64,000 nucleotides of DNA from Octopus sinensis (Eukaryota). Where the stretch lies: positions 18,290,001 to 18,354,000 of the forward strand of contig NC_042999.1 of NCBI RefSeq assembly GCF_006345805.1, given 5' to 3'. The translations under genes and the position numbers were made by a program. Shown piece after piece: positions 40,377-51,670 of this stretch (the first letter of the stretch is position 1; each line of letters opens with the position of its first letter). The notes under the pieces are model-generated. The model did no database searches. It was not told the origin of the DNA and saw only the letters and a program-made list of their open reading frames with translations.

Positions 40377-40922
40377 GTAGTGACTCATTAAACTAAGGCC
40401 AACAACATGGAATTCCAAATATATTTGTGGAGTTTTCCAGAATGTTTTGCCAAACATGAAGACGTCAGAAAACCACGTTACAAAGCCCATCAATCCAAGA
40501 AAAGCATGTGTTATTTTAAAATTGCTACACTTTAAAGGAAAGGCAACTGCTTCAAACCTCTATTTTATTCCAATTGAGAAATTGAATATACGAGTTGTAC
40601 ATTGCGGACTCTCGTAAGGAACCTTATAAGTAAAAGCAGATGAGTGTTGAAAGTTTTCCTCTTGTCCCGGACACTAACAAACTTAATCAGATAGCGTTCG
40701 ATAAAAATACTTTGTTCACGTCAACGGCCAAGGTTTGGTTGAATTACTACTTCCTGGGCAAAGTGAACCATCTCTGCATTCCAATACCAGGCGCGCATGA
40801 CCTCTTTCTCTTGGCTGTTCCTCTACAAAATCAGTAGGTGTGGTAAAACAGTTCTTTGTGCTTTCAAACTCCCACTCTTCCTAGATTACAATAATATTAT
40901 ATTAAAATCTTTGTATATTATT

Positions 40923-41319
40923 TTCTACTCTAAGCACAAGGCCCGAAACTTTAGGGTAGGGGCCAGTCGATTATATCGACCCCAGTACGTAACTGGTTCT
41001 TAATTGCTCGACCCCTAAAGGATGAAAAGCAAAGTCGTCCTCGGCGGAATTTGAACTCAGAACGTAAAGACAGACAAAATACCCCTATGCATTTTGCCCG
41101 GCTTGCTAACTTTTCTTATTTCTGTATTGTCACGGGACAAATAAGGGATGAAGTTGATTACATCGACCCCAGTGCGTAACTGGTACTTAATTCATCGACC
41201 CCGAAAGGATGAAAGGCAAAGTCGACCGCGGCAAAATTTTAGCTCAGAACGTAGCGGCAGACGAAATACTGCTAAGCATTTCGCCCGGCATGCTAACGTT
41301 TCTGCCAGCTCGCCTCCTT
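40923..41319 (-). mobile_element. Two adjacent SINE family B copies (tail type 2, then tail type 1)
   Basis: Both have the family B core; the tails differ. Confidence 0.82.
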
Positions 41320-41479
41320 TAAAATGTTTATATATTAAAAGGTTTGTAGTGTTCTCTAATATCATATAACAAATTTATACTAATATATCACTCAGCAACA
41401 TGTCTCGGTTTTCTTGCATTTGCAAAAATTAGCAGTAGCAAAAATGAGACGGATGGCATCGCATGCATTCATATCTAAT

Positions 41480-41690
41480 GGTAATTCTCCTGCCGCAGAC
41501 CATATTTGTACAGAGCAGGATACGTATATTCTATCTGTGTCTGCTTTGGTGTGGTGACTTCGGTACGCTGTTAGTAGATTTCTGGTTTTACTTTCTAGGT
41601 TCTTCAATTCACTGATCTTTCAGTTTATTATGGTATGGCTATCGTGTTTATCCCTATTATCTTATTTTTAGCATTAAGTGTTATATTATT
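41480..41690 (-). mobile_element. R4/Dong-clade non-LTR retrotransposon, RT C-terminal fragment
   Basis: LNAKNKIIGINTIAIP ... NLESKTRNLLTAYRSHHTKADTDRIYV resembles R4/Dong LNAxNKIxAINTxAVP / LDRKTRKLLTxxxxHHPKADVDRLY. Confidence 0.75.
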
Positions 41691-41717
41691 GCTATTATTA
41701 TTATTATTATTATTATT

Positions 41718-42064
41718 GCCTTTGCACAGTTTCTAACGCTGGAGATGTACTACAGATCAGTTGTTCACTACCAGTGAACTAAGGTAACACCTCATATTTT
41801 TCCAGAGTATTCGAGTGGTCCCAAGCAGTGCTGTTTTCTGCAAGTGCTCTTTCCTTATTGCAGCCCTTATTTGATCCACATACTTCTCGAAATTTTGCTC
41901 AATCTTCCCAGGGCTCCGACAGTTATTGGTACTACTGCTACCTTTTCCATCGACCATAACTGCATAACCTCCCAAGCTAACCTGTCATATCTCTCAACTT
42001 TTATTTCTTCCTTATCGCATAACGTGTTGTCCACTGGGCATGCTATATCAATGATCCGGTATAC

Positions 42065-42066
<2 letters not shown>
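41718..42066 (-). mobile_element. R4/Dong-clade 3' fragment (restriction-like endonuclease plus 3' UTR) between (TAA)n tracts
   Basis: IIDIACPVDNTLCDKEEIKVERYDRLAWEVMQLWSMEKVAVVPITVGALG ... QKTALLGTTRIL is the PD-(D/E)xK RLE C-terminus; (TAA)n lies at both ends. Confidence 0.88.
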
Positions 42067-42114
<48 letters not shown>

Positions 42115-42492
42115 GTTGTTGTTGTTGTTGTTGTTCTTGTTGTTTGTATGATCAGTATGTCACATATTCCTACAAATGCTAATACTCCTAAATTAATTCG
42201 CAGGATGTTATCCGTCATTGTGTTGACAAGATGTTTCCTTAATTCTCAAAACTGTTCTTGAAGATTCTGGCAGCAAACAGCATGATATTTGTCTGCTAGC
42301 TGTTAATACTTGTTCCACTCCCAATACGTTTCCGACTTGGAGATATCAGTATGAGTATACTGTCACGGAGCCCTAAGAAGCAGTAGAGTCATTTTAACCC
42401 TTATGTTTCAAAATATTTTCATATCGATTGCTAAATCTTTATATTTCTCAACTTTATGAATTTCCTTGATATCTAATGATTAAATTATGGGA

Positions 42493-42561
42493 TTTTACAA
42501 ACCGAAAACTTACTTAAGGTCAGCTAAATATTTCAGGGGCAGTTATTTCTTTATTTGCGAA
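42493..42561. repeat. ~68-bp dispersed repeat, second copy at 58514-58581
   Basis: TTTTACAAACC.AAAACTTACT.AAG....TAAATATTTCAGGG.CAG.TATTT.TTTATTTGCGA occurs at both sites. Confidence 0.7.
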
Positions 42562-42768
42562 TGATTAAATTATGAGATTGCAAACTATACGAGCTACTGC
42601 GAGTTTAGTTACTTCCTGTTGTATATGACTATATCAATCTTTGTATATTTGTGCTATTAAAAAATTGTCTCCATAGAGATATCCTAAAATTCCTGTAATT
42701 ATCATTGAACAAAATTACATAACATGCTAATGCATACTTTTAGCGACACTGATTTGTCTGTCTTCATA

Positions 42769-43947
42769 TCTTTATATATAAAAGTAAGGTTGTGTGTCTG
42801 TCTCCTACGATTTAGATTCCTAACTACTCCTACATTTTGCGGTGCAGTTTATCCAAAACCGGGTATCTTATAGTCATGATTCATATCGAGCCCTTCTGGG
42901 TATTAGCGCGCATCTACGATGAGTCTACGATTTAAAAGAAAAATTACCATCATTTTTTTCCATTTTAATGCATTTTTCGCTATTATATAGGGGAAGTAAC
43001 TCTCTTAAAATGTTTACGATGAGTCAGCGATTTAAAAAAAAATCTACCATCATTTTTTCCATTTGTAGTGCGTTTTTTTGCTATTTTTTGGCTATAAGTC
43101 TCTAAAAATGCTTATATACTTATTTCCCTTACAAACCCGAGCAACGCCGTGCGATACTGCTAGTTATATATAAAAGTAAGATTGTGTGTCTGTCTTCTAC
43201 GATTTAGATTCCTAACTACTCCCACATTTTGCGGTGCAGTTAAACCAAAACCGGGTATCTTATAGTCGTGATTCATATCGAGCCCTTCTGGGTATTAGCG
43301 CGCGTCTACGATGAGACTCCGATTTAAAAAAAAAATTACCATAATTTTTTTTCCATTTTAATGCATTTTTTCGCTATTATATAAGGGAAGTAACTCTCTA
43401 AAAATGTTTACGTTGAGTCAGCGATTTAAAAAATAATTACCATCATTTTCTTCCATTTTTAATGCATTTTTTTGCTATTTTTTGGCTATAAGTCTCTAAA
43501 AATGCTTATATAGTTATTTCCCTTACAAGCCCGAGCAACGCCGGGCGATACTGCTAGTTATATGTAAAAGTAAGGTTGTGCGTCTGTCTTCTACGATTTA
43601 GATTCCTAACTACTCCCACATTTTGCGGGGCAGTCTAACCAAAACCGGGTATCTTATAGTCGTGATTCATATCGAGACTTTCTGGGTATTAGCGCGCGTC
43701 TACGATGAGTCTACGATTTAAAAAAAAATTACCATCATTTTTTTCCATTTTAATTCATTTTGTCGCTATCATATAAGGGAAGTAACTCTCTAAAATGTCT
43801 ACGATGAGTCAACGATTTTTAAAAAATTACCATCATTTTTTTCCATTTTTAATGCATATTTTTGCTACTTTTTGGCTATAAGTCTCTAAAAATGCTTATA
43901 TAGTTATTTCCCTTACAAACCCGAGCAACGCCGGGCGATACTGCTAG
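42769..43947 (+). mobile_element. Non-autonomous Helitron, three tandem copies (42769-43163, 43164-43557, 43558-43947)
   Basis: Starts A|TCTTTATATATAAAAG. Each unit ends with a hairpin CCCGAGCAACGCCGGG plus CGATACTGCTAG|T. No TSD; each unit has a ~110-bp internal duplication. Confidence 0.88.
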
Positions 43948-44419
43948 TTCCTTAATAAATTATCACGCAGGAAATAGTTTATACATTACTCACTTTTGCC
44001 AAACATTTTTAAGTGGCATATGACTAAGTTTTGTCAAAATTTGCCTTCTTCAAATTCGTTCTCATATATTGTATGTCTAGGACCATAATAAGATTTACAT
44101 GTACATGTTTCCGCCAAAATAATCGTTCTTCACTTCAAACACCTTCAGCCACCTACATGAAACGGCCACGATTTTTTTTTTTTTGTATTTCTTATTTGTC
44201 ACATCGTTCTATACAATATTCTTTGTGTTTCCTTTTCTTTTAAGAGCTACATAGGATGATTTGGGTGTTTTCAGTCTGCAGAGAACAGTCTTCGTTCTCT
44301 TTACACACACACACACATACACACAGACACACACCCTCACACACACACACACACACATAGACACACACACAGACACACACACAAAACGTATTCCAAAGAT
44401 ATCGCAGATACATGTGATG

Positions 44420-44689
44420 TCTATCATTCTTCTTCTCCGTCTTCATCTTCTTCTTCATCTTCTTCATTTTCATCTTCTTCTTCTTCTTTTTCCTCATCTT
44501 CATCTTCTTCTTCTTCTTTTTTCCCTTCTTCTTCTTCTTCTTTTTCCTCTTCTTCAACTTCTTCTTCTTTTCCCTCTTCTTCTTCTTCTTCTTCTTCTTC
44601 TTCTTCTTCTTTTTTTACCTCTTCTTCTTCTTCTTCTACAACTACTTCTTTTCCGCCTCCTCCTCCACTTCCTGCTCCTCACCATCATT

Positions 44690-44728
<39 letters not shown>

Positions 44729-44760
44729 GTCATCATCATCATCATCATCGTCGTATTCGT
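44420..44760. repeat. Compound (CTT)n/(CAT)n microsatellite
   Basis: Visible directly; it produces the spurious 242-aa ORF at 44261-44989. Confidence 0.9.
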
Positions 44761-45443
44761 TGCTATTAATATTACGTCAGCAAAGGAAGAGAAGAAAAGA
44801 CTATCAATAAAAGCGACACCATCCTTGTTGACAGTCTCTGTAAATAGCATTCACAAGTGGCAAGACAATAAATATACACGTGAGAAAGCGTTACGTAACC
44901 TAACACATACACACACTACACTAACTACGAACATCACCAGCCATCTGAAATCACGCTCACACAACACAATAGAACTATATATTGAATAACCAGAAGCCAA
45001 ACTAGTAAAACTAATGACAAAATCCCCAGCATTATATGGGTATCATTATTCAAGTGTAATACAGAGGGAAAGGGAGATGGTGACACAGTCAGACAGACAC
45101 AGAATGATCGATATAGTTCTTTCATAATATGGTTTGTGATGCCGAAACATGCAGCGGAATTGTTTCTCAGATTTATTGCTTGAAAACTTCTCACCTAAAG
45201 AAGGAAAAGAATACATAAAATGTATTTTATTTCTTGACAAATCAGCAATTGATTTTTGTATCTTATATAAAAATACAATGTCAGTAACTGTATCAGCCAG
45301 GGGTTTATTGCAACCAGATCTAAGGAGGAATATTTGAAATCATTTCTTAAATATAAATGGAAACACAGTATGCGAGTACACACAGACGTGAATGCATACT
45401 GAAATATACTTTCATATAGGCATACACATACACAGCAACATAT

Positions 45444-45531
<88 letters not shown>

Positions 45532-45640
45532 ATAAATATATATAATCATTATATATATATATATGCATTATATATACATATATTTCTAAATACGTACATA
45601 CACACATACACACACAAATATATATTTGGATTCATATCTG

Positions 45641-45745
<105 letters not shown>

Positions 45746-45979
45746 CGTGTGTGTGTGTGTGTGTGTATTGTAAGTTCTAAAATCAATGCTACACTTTTGT
45801 AACTTGTAAAAGAATTTTCTTGACAGATGTGTAATATCGAATAGATGTCTATTTTGCTGAAATGATGTAATGCGCTGAAATTCATATCCGTATCAGCTTC
45901 TTGACTGAAATACAGAAATAGAGGATCCTTTCCCTGTTTATGAAAATAAATTTCCTAAATTACTAATTAAGGGCATGGT

Positions 45980-46174
45980 ACAGTTCTATATTTAGGAGAT
46001 GAGGAATTATGTACGTTATTTACAATTGGCGGATATTTGTCCTCATCTTCCTTGTTGTTAACACAATGTTTCGGGTGATATACTCTCCAGCTTTCATCAG
46101 GTGTCTTGGGGAAATTTCGAACCTGGGTTCTCATTCCTAAGGTATTTTTCGATGTTGTTATTATTTTGTTGTTG

Positions 46175-46223
<49 letters not shown>

Positions 46224-46297
46224 AGGTCACTGCCAGGAATCGAACTCGGAATCTTGTGATTAGTAGCCTGTACTCTTAACCACTACGCCATATGCCC
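45980..46297 (-). mobile_element. tRNA-headed SINE-like element with an (AAT)n linker and a hammerhead-bearing tail
   Basis: Minus strand: GGGCATATGGCGTAGTGGTTAAG (A box) ... GAGTTCGATTCC (B box) - (AAT)n - tail containing GACAC-CTGATGA-AAGCTGGAGAGTATATCACCC-GAAAC-ATT-GTGTT (46105-46060). Confidence 0.7.
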
Positions 46298-46629
46298 GTG
46301 GGCATGATATTGTCTCTCTGAAGTTATGTTAGCCGCTAAAATTTTCCTGGATTTAATATTTTCTTTCCCTAAACTCAAGATGAATATTTATCAATACTAA
46401 CATTTCACAACTTCGTTCTTACGGTCGTCGTAATCGTTAACTTTACACTACTTTAAATGCTAAACGGCACTGATTCCCGCTTCGCTTCCTAAATTCAAAT
46501 TCAGTCAATTCGGATTTGCATCCTCCTTTCGTAGTCGATAAAATGACCATCGGTTGAACACGAAGATTGATGAACGCTGTGTGTCCCAGCACCTCAATTT
46601 TTAAACCCCTTGTGCTTATGGTAGAAAGG

Positions 46630-47064
46630 ATTATTATTATTATTATTTTTTCGTCTTCTTTCAAATTTGCTTCCATTTCTTGCCGAGCGTCTTCCCGACT
46701 CCTAGGGCAAAGAAACTCATAGTATACATTGGTAGACCATTAAACCAAACTCAATAGTTCGTTCATTTAAAAAAAAATTTTAAGGTTAAATTGAAATACA
46801 TGGGCAGTAACAGCTCTCACAGCGACAATGCTCTTCTTAATACGTGTGATGTACCAGTTAAGACAATCTTTTGCACTTCTTGCAGGGATGGTGAGCCAGG
46901 GATCATTCTCATATAATTTTCGGTTCCCTTCTTGATCATTCCTTGTGCTCCTACGATTACTGGTATTGTAACCGCCTTGAGATGCCACATTTTCTCAATT
47001 TCAATGAGCAGGTCTTTATATTTTTTGAGCTTGTCAAACTCTTTCGCCGAGATGTCAAACTCTT

Positions 47065-47110
<46 letters not shown>

Positions 47111-47490
47111 GGACAATGCTTGCTATGATGTCATGATCTCGCATATTATTTCTGGACTAATGGCGTACATCCACTGGTAATGTGACACGTGGTTTCACCA
47201 TTTTGACCCAAAATTCTGCACTTATCACTTTCTGATCTCTTGTTTATTCTGTTTTTGCTGTAATTCGCTCTTAGCTTTTCTCTTGGGCAGTACAAATTAG
47301 AGCCCCCGTTGCAGGTTTTAAATCACATTTAGTCACCCATAGCTATCTTTTTATTCTCTGTCTGTCTTATCTTCAATATCCCTATGAAATTGTTTATGCA
47401 GTCTTTTCTTTATGCACCTATTTTCAGTTTAATTCATTCTCAAGTACTTGTACTGTTCTTTTTCTTTGCAATCTTCCATCCTACACAAGC
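46630..47490 (-). mobile_element. R4/Dong-clade fragment (CCHC knuckle, RLE C-terminus, 3' UTR) with an internal (TAA)n block
   Basis: LHKQFHRDIE..DLKPATGALICTAQE..SDKCRILGQNGETTCHITSGCTPL..HDIIASIVH, then (AAT)n, then KEFDKLKKYKDLLIEIEKMW..IPVIVGAQG..QKIVLTGTSHVLRRALSL. The UTR ends in (TAA)n. Confidence 0.85.
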
Positions 47491-47510
47491 CTGACATTCT
47501 TATTTCCAAT

Positions 47511-47952
47511 TTAAGGTGGCGAGCTGCCGCTACGTTCTGAGTTCTAATTCCATCGATGTCGACTTTGCCTTTCATCCATTCGGGGTCGATAAATTAAGTA
47601 CCAGTTATGCACTGAGGTCGATATAATCGACTTAATCCATTTGTCTGTCCTTGCTTGTCCTCTCTGTGTTCAGCCCCTTGTGGGGAGTAAAAAAATAGGT
47701 ATTTAAGGCGGTGAGATGGCAAAACAGTTAGCACGCCGGGCGAATTGCGTAGCCGTATTTCGTCTTCCGTTACGTTCTGAGTTCAAATTCCGCCGAGGTC
47801 GATTTTGCTTTTCATCATTTCGGGGTCGATATATTAAGTACCAGTTACTGACTGGGGTCGATGTAATCGACTTAATCCATTTGTCTGTCCTTCTTTGTCT
47901 CCTCTGTGTGTAGCCCCTTGTGGGCAGTAAAGAAAGGGGTAATAAAGAAACA
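47511..47952 (+). mobile_element. SINE family B dimer flanked by a perfect 18-bp target-site duplication
   Basis: GACATTCTTATTTCCAAT at 47493-47510 and 47953-47970. Monomers ~47511-47702 (head deletion) and 47703-47952. Confidence 0.9.
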
Positions 47953-48469
47953 GACATTCTTATTTCCAATAATAGTGGTTGTGTGACATCTTTACATACC
48001 ATGCTATGTTGTTTTCTTGTGTTCTAATTCTGTGTTCGAATCCAATCAGTCTATTTCTCCATCTTTTTATTCTTTCCTATTTTCTCCTTTTTTAAAAATA
48101 AAAATAAAAATTCGAGAAGTTACTTCCTATTTTCTTTTCGCGTTAACAACAAATAATCTAAGGGTTTTGCTAAATCTTACTAAATTAGAGCAAATTTTAA
48201 AATCGTAGAATATTTGCGTTTCTACTTTTTGCAAAATCCAAATGATTTTAGCAGAAACAACTATTTGCTAGTCAGTGAATTCCTTAACATGCTATTGAAT
48301 CCCCTCTACGCTTCATACTGGTAGATTTTCCACTTTTATATCATATCTGAATAATATAATCAGTACTATATTACGTGACTATCAGAAATAAACTCTATAT
48401 GGTTTGGAAAGAGATCACATATTTTCTGTCTTTACACTTTCAAACATACATAAATATACATGTTCATTC

Positions 48470-48552
48470 TCATACATACATACATACATACATACATACA
48501 TACATACATACATACATACATACATACATACATACATACATACATACATACA
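48470..48552. repeat. (TACA)n tetranucleotide microsatellite
   Basis: Visible directly. Confidence 0.95.
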
Positions 48553-49082
48553 TGGATACATGCATCTGAATATGAGTGCATATGTGTGTATATGTGTACG
48601 TATTCATTCATGCCTGTATATATTGTATACACTTTTACATATGTTTGTCGGTGTAAACTCTTGCAGTTATTGAAGCTAGTATTAAGCTAAGAAACCTAAA
48701 GTCCCACTGGTGCTTCCGTCAATGCTTTAAGACGTCAACACTGGTGTAACATATATAACAAATTTTTACTTGCCTGCACATGTTCGGATTCGTAGTCGCT
48801 ATTAATTCTAGTGATAGTGCTCACAAGAAAACACAAAAAAGTAATTCCCAAATCTTCCATCATCCGCAATCATCACTAAAAATGTGTCTTCTAAACTGAT
48901 GCAATTTAAAACCAATCTACATTTAAACTCCATTTATAATTCATTTCCAAACATCTCTTCACGTATAACATTTTGTCAACCATTTGTACATATAGAAACC
49001 ATTGTAACATTTCGCTTCTTTTCTCACCTAATAGTGCGCCGCTGATATGATTAAAAATTAATTATACCTCTCCTGCTTTAGT

Positions 49083-49295
49083 GGAGGCGCGTGGCTTAGT
49101 GGTTAGGGTGTCAGCACCATGATAGTAAGATTGTGATTTCCATTCCTGGACTGGGCGGCGTGTTGTGTTCTTGAGAAAAAACACCGCATTTCACGATGCT
49201 CCAGTTCACTCAGCTGGCAAAAATGAGTAACGCTGCGTTGGACTGGTGTCCCGTCTAGCTGGAGAACACATACGCCATTGAAACCGGGAAAGGCT
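49083..49295 (+). mobile_element. tRNA-derived SINE family C, diverged
   Basis: GGAGGCGCGTGGCTTAGTGGTTAGGG A box, degenerate B box, followed by a body TTGTGTTCTTGAG...CTCAGCTGGCAAAAATGAGTA. Confidence 0.65.
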
Positions 49296-49961
49296 AGGCT
49301 TTAAAATGGCGCATTTATTATTATACGCCTGCTTCAACCCTTTATTATTTAAGCTAGTTACATTAGGTCTAAATAATTCAAACTAACGAAGTCAATTCTC
49401 TCATACCTACGTTACAATGTCATTATACAATAAACAGTTGTACCAACGAAATCTCAAATCTAAAACAAAGTGCATGATTAATTAAATATAATATGAATAA
49501 ATAAGCATTATATTTGAGCGAGAAATCTCAATGCTAGACGGTTAATTCATTGGCAAGGTGATGATGGAAGGTGCAAACTAATTTTTCAGTTCCGTGTCTG
49601 GTCTCATCACCATATTTTCTAATCTTTAAAATGAAATAAATTTAATGAAATCACCGAAAAAAATAAACGATTTCTCTAAGCAAGGATTGTAATCATCATC
49701 ATCATTATCATCATTCTTCGTCATCATTATCACCTTCATCATCATCATCATCATTATCATCATCAACAATAACAAAAAACTTACCACTGCATCAACAAAA
49801 TACAAAGAATTTCAACAGCAGAAATCAGCAGAAAGAGTGGGGGGTATGTTTACTGAAATGCCTTCCAGCAAAACGAAAGACAATTACAACACGTTTTCCA
49901 TGAGCTTTTTTTTTATGTTCAAATTTATTTCATTCCTACACTCCTAAATATCTCCTTTTTA

Positions 49962-49981
49962 CTACAACAACAACAACAGCA

Positions 49982-50035
<54 letters not shown>

Positions 50036-50272
50036 GCTACTACTACTACTACTAATAATAATAATAATGATAATAATAATAATAATAATAATAACAATAA
50101 TAATAATAATAGTAAAAATATTAATAATAATAATAATAATAACGATAACAACAATAATAATAATGATAATGCTGATGCTACTACTGATATTATTATTATT
50201 ATTACTATTATTTTATTAATATTATTATTACTATTATTACTATTATTTATATTATTGTTATTATTATTATTA

Positions 50273-50324
<52 letters not shown>

Positions 50325-50429
50325 TACTATTATTATTAATACTGTTAATATTATTATTAATATTATCATTATTTTTATTATAATTATAATAATCATTATT
50401 GCACACATCACCATCATTATTATTATTGC

Positions 50430-50462
<33 letters not shown>

Positions 50463-50465
50463 TAT

Positions 50466-50509
<44 letters not shown>

Positions 50510-50545
50510 ATAGTAGTAGTAGTTCTTGTTGTTGTTATAGTTGTT
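49962..50545. repeat. Compound trinucleotide microsatellite (CAA-ACT-AAT ... ATT-AGT-TTG)
   Basis: Visible directly; it produces the spurious 208-aa ORF. Confidence 0.9.
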
Positions 50546-51209
50546 GCTGTCGTGGCTCTCACTACTTAGTACCACAAATTATACTATTAATGATGAGCAA
50601 ATAACAATATCGGTAATATAAATTGCAATACAAATATATACAATTCCACTACTACTAATATAATGATGAACAAGAAGAGGAGGAGAAGGAGGAGGAGGAG
50701 GTGGCGGAAGAGAAGGAGGAGGCGGAGGAGGAAGTGGAAGAAGTGGACGAGGGTTGAAGAACATTATTATTTTTGCCATCAACATTATCACGCTGAGATT
50801 TACTTTATTTGCTTGAGTTTAGTCATAAAAATATCATCAGAAATTATCTTTAAAATATTTGAAACGACGTTACGTAAACAAGAGTCAGACATTTTAGCTT
50901 AGGTATTTTGGGACGAAAATGTTTACAGTTTGATGTTTATTTATTAAATATTTTAATTAACTTGATATTTCAGATGTTTTAGAATGCTTTATTACCCTCA
51001 TACCCTCATCATCTCCCTCACTCTGCCTGTGTTTCTCTCTCTTTCTATCTCTTCCCGTGTGCATATATATATGCATGCACATACATTCATATGTATATAC
51101 ATACATATGTGTGTATATATATATATATAAACATACATACATATGTATATATATATATATATAAATATATACATACGTACATACATATGTATACATACAT
51201 ATATATATA

Positions 51210-51282
<73 letters not shown>

Positions 51283-51371
51283 TATATATACATACATATG
51301 TATACATATGTATACATACTTACATATATATATATATATTATATATATATATATATAATATATATATATAT

Positions 51372-51670
51372 AACGGGAAGCTTTATGAAAATAAACAAAA
51401 GACGAAGGCAGGTGGAAAACAAACGAACAATTGTATTAGTATGGCGCTCAGGAAATATAAATAAAACAAGTCTTTAACGTTTCGAGCCTACGCTCTTCAA
51501 CAGAAAGATACACAGAGAGAGAAAAACACAGAAAGAAGGAGAGAAAAAAAATGCGTGCAGTAGCTAACGAATCAACATGGCGATCTGATTTCGGCCAGAG
51601 GTCAAAGATCAAACATGAGACGCGAGAGCGAAATAAGGGGAGATAATAGGGTTGATAAAAGGGTTGAGGC
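51372..51670 (-). mobile_element. PLE-pLTR-like repeat with the best-paired variant hammerhead (51471-51508)
   Basis: Minus strand TCTTT-CTGTTGA-A-GAGC-GTAG-GCTC-GAAA-C-GT-T-AAAGA. Confidence 0.6.

Noticed and set aside
46230-46297. tRNA genes (also 36131-36205, 49083-49150 and the SINE A/B heads)
   Set aside because: Only A/B boxes are kept, no full cloverleaf forms, and each continues into a repeat body. These are SINE heads.
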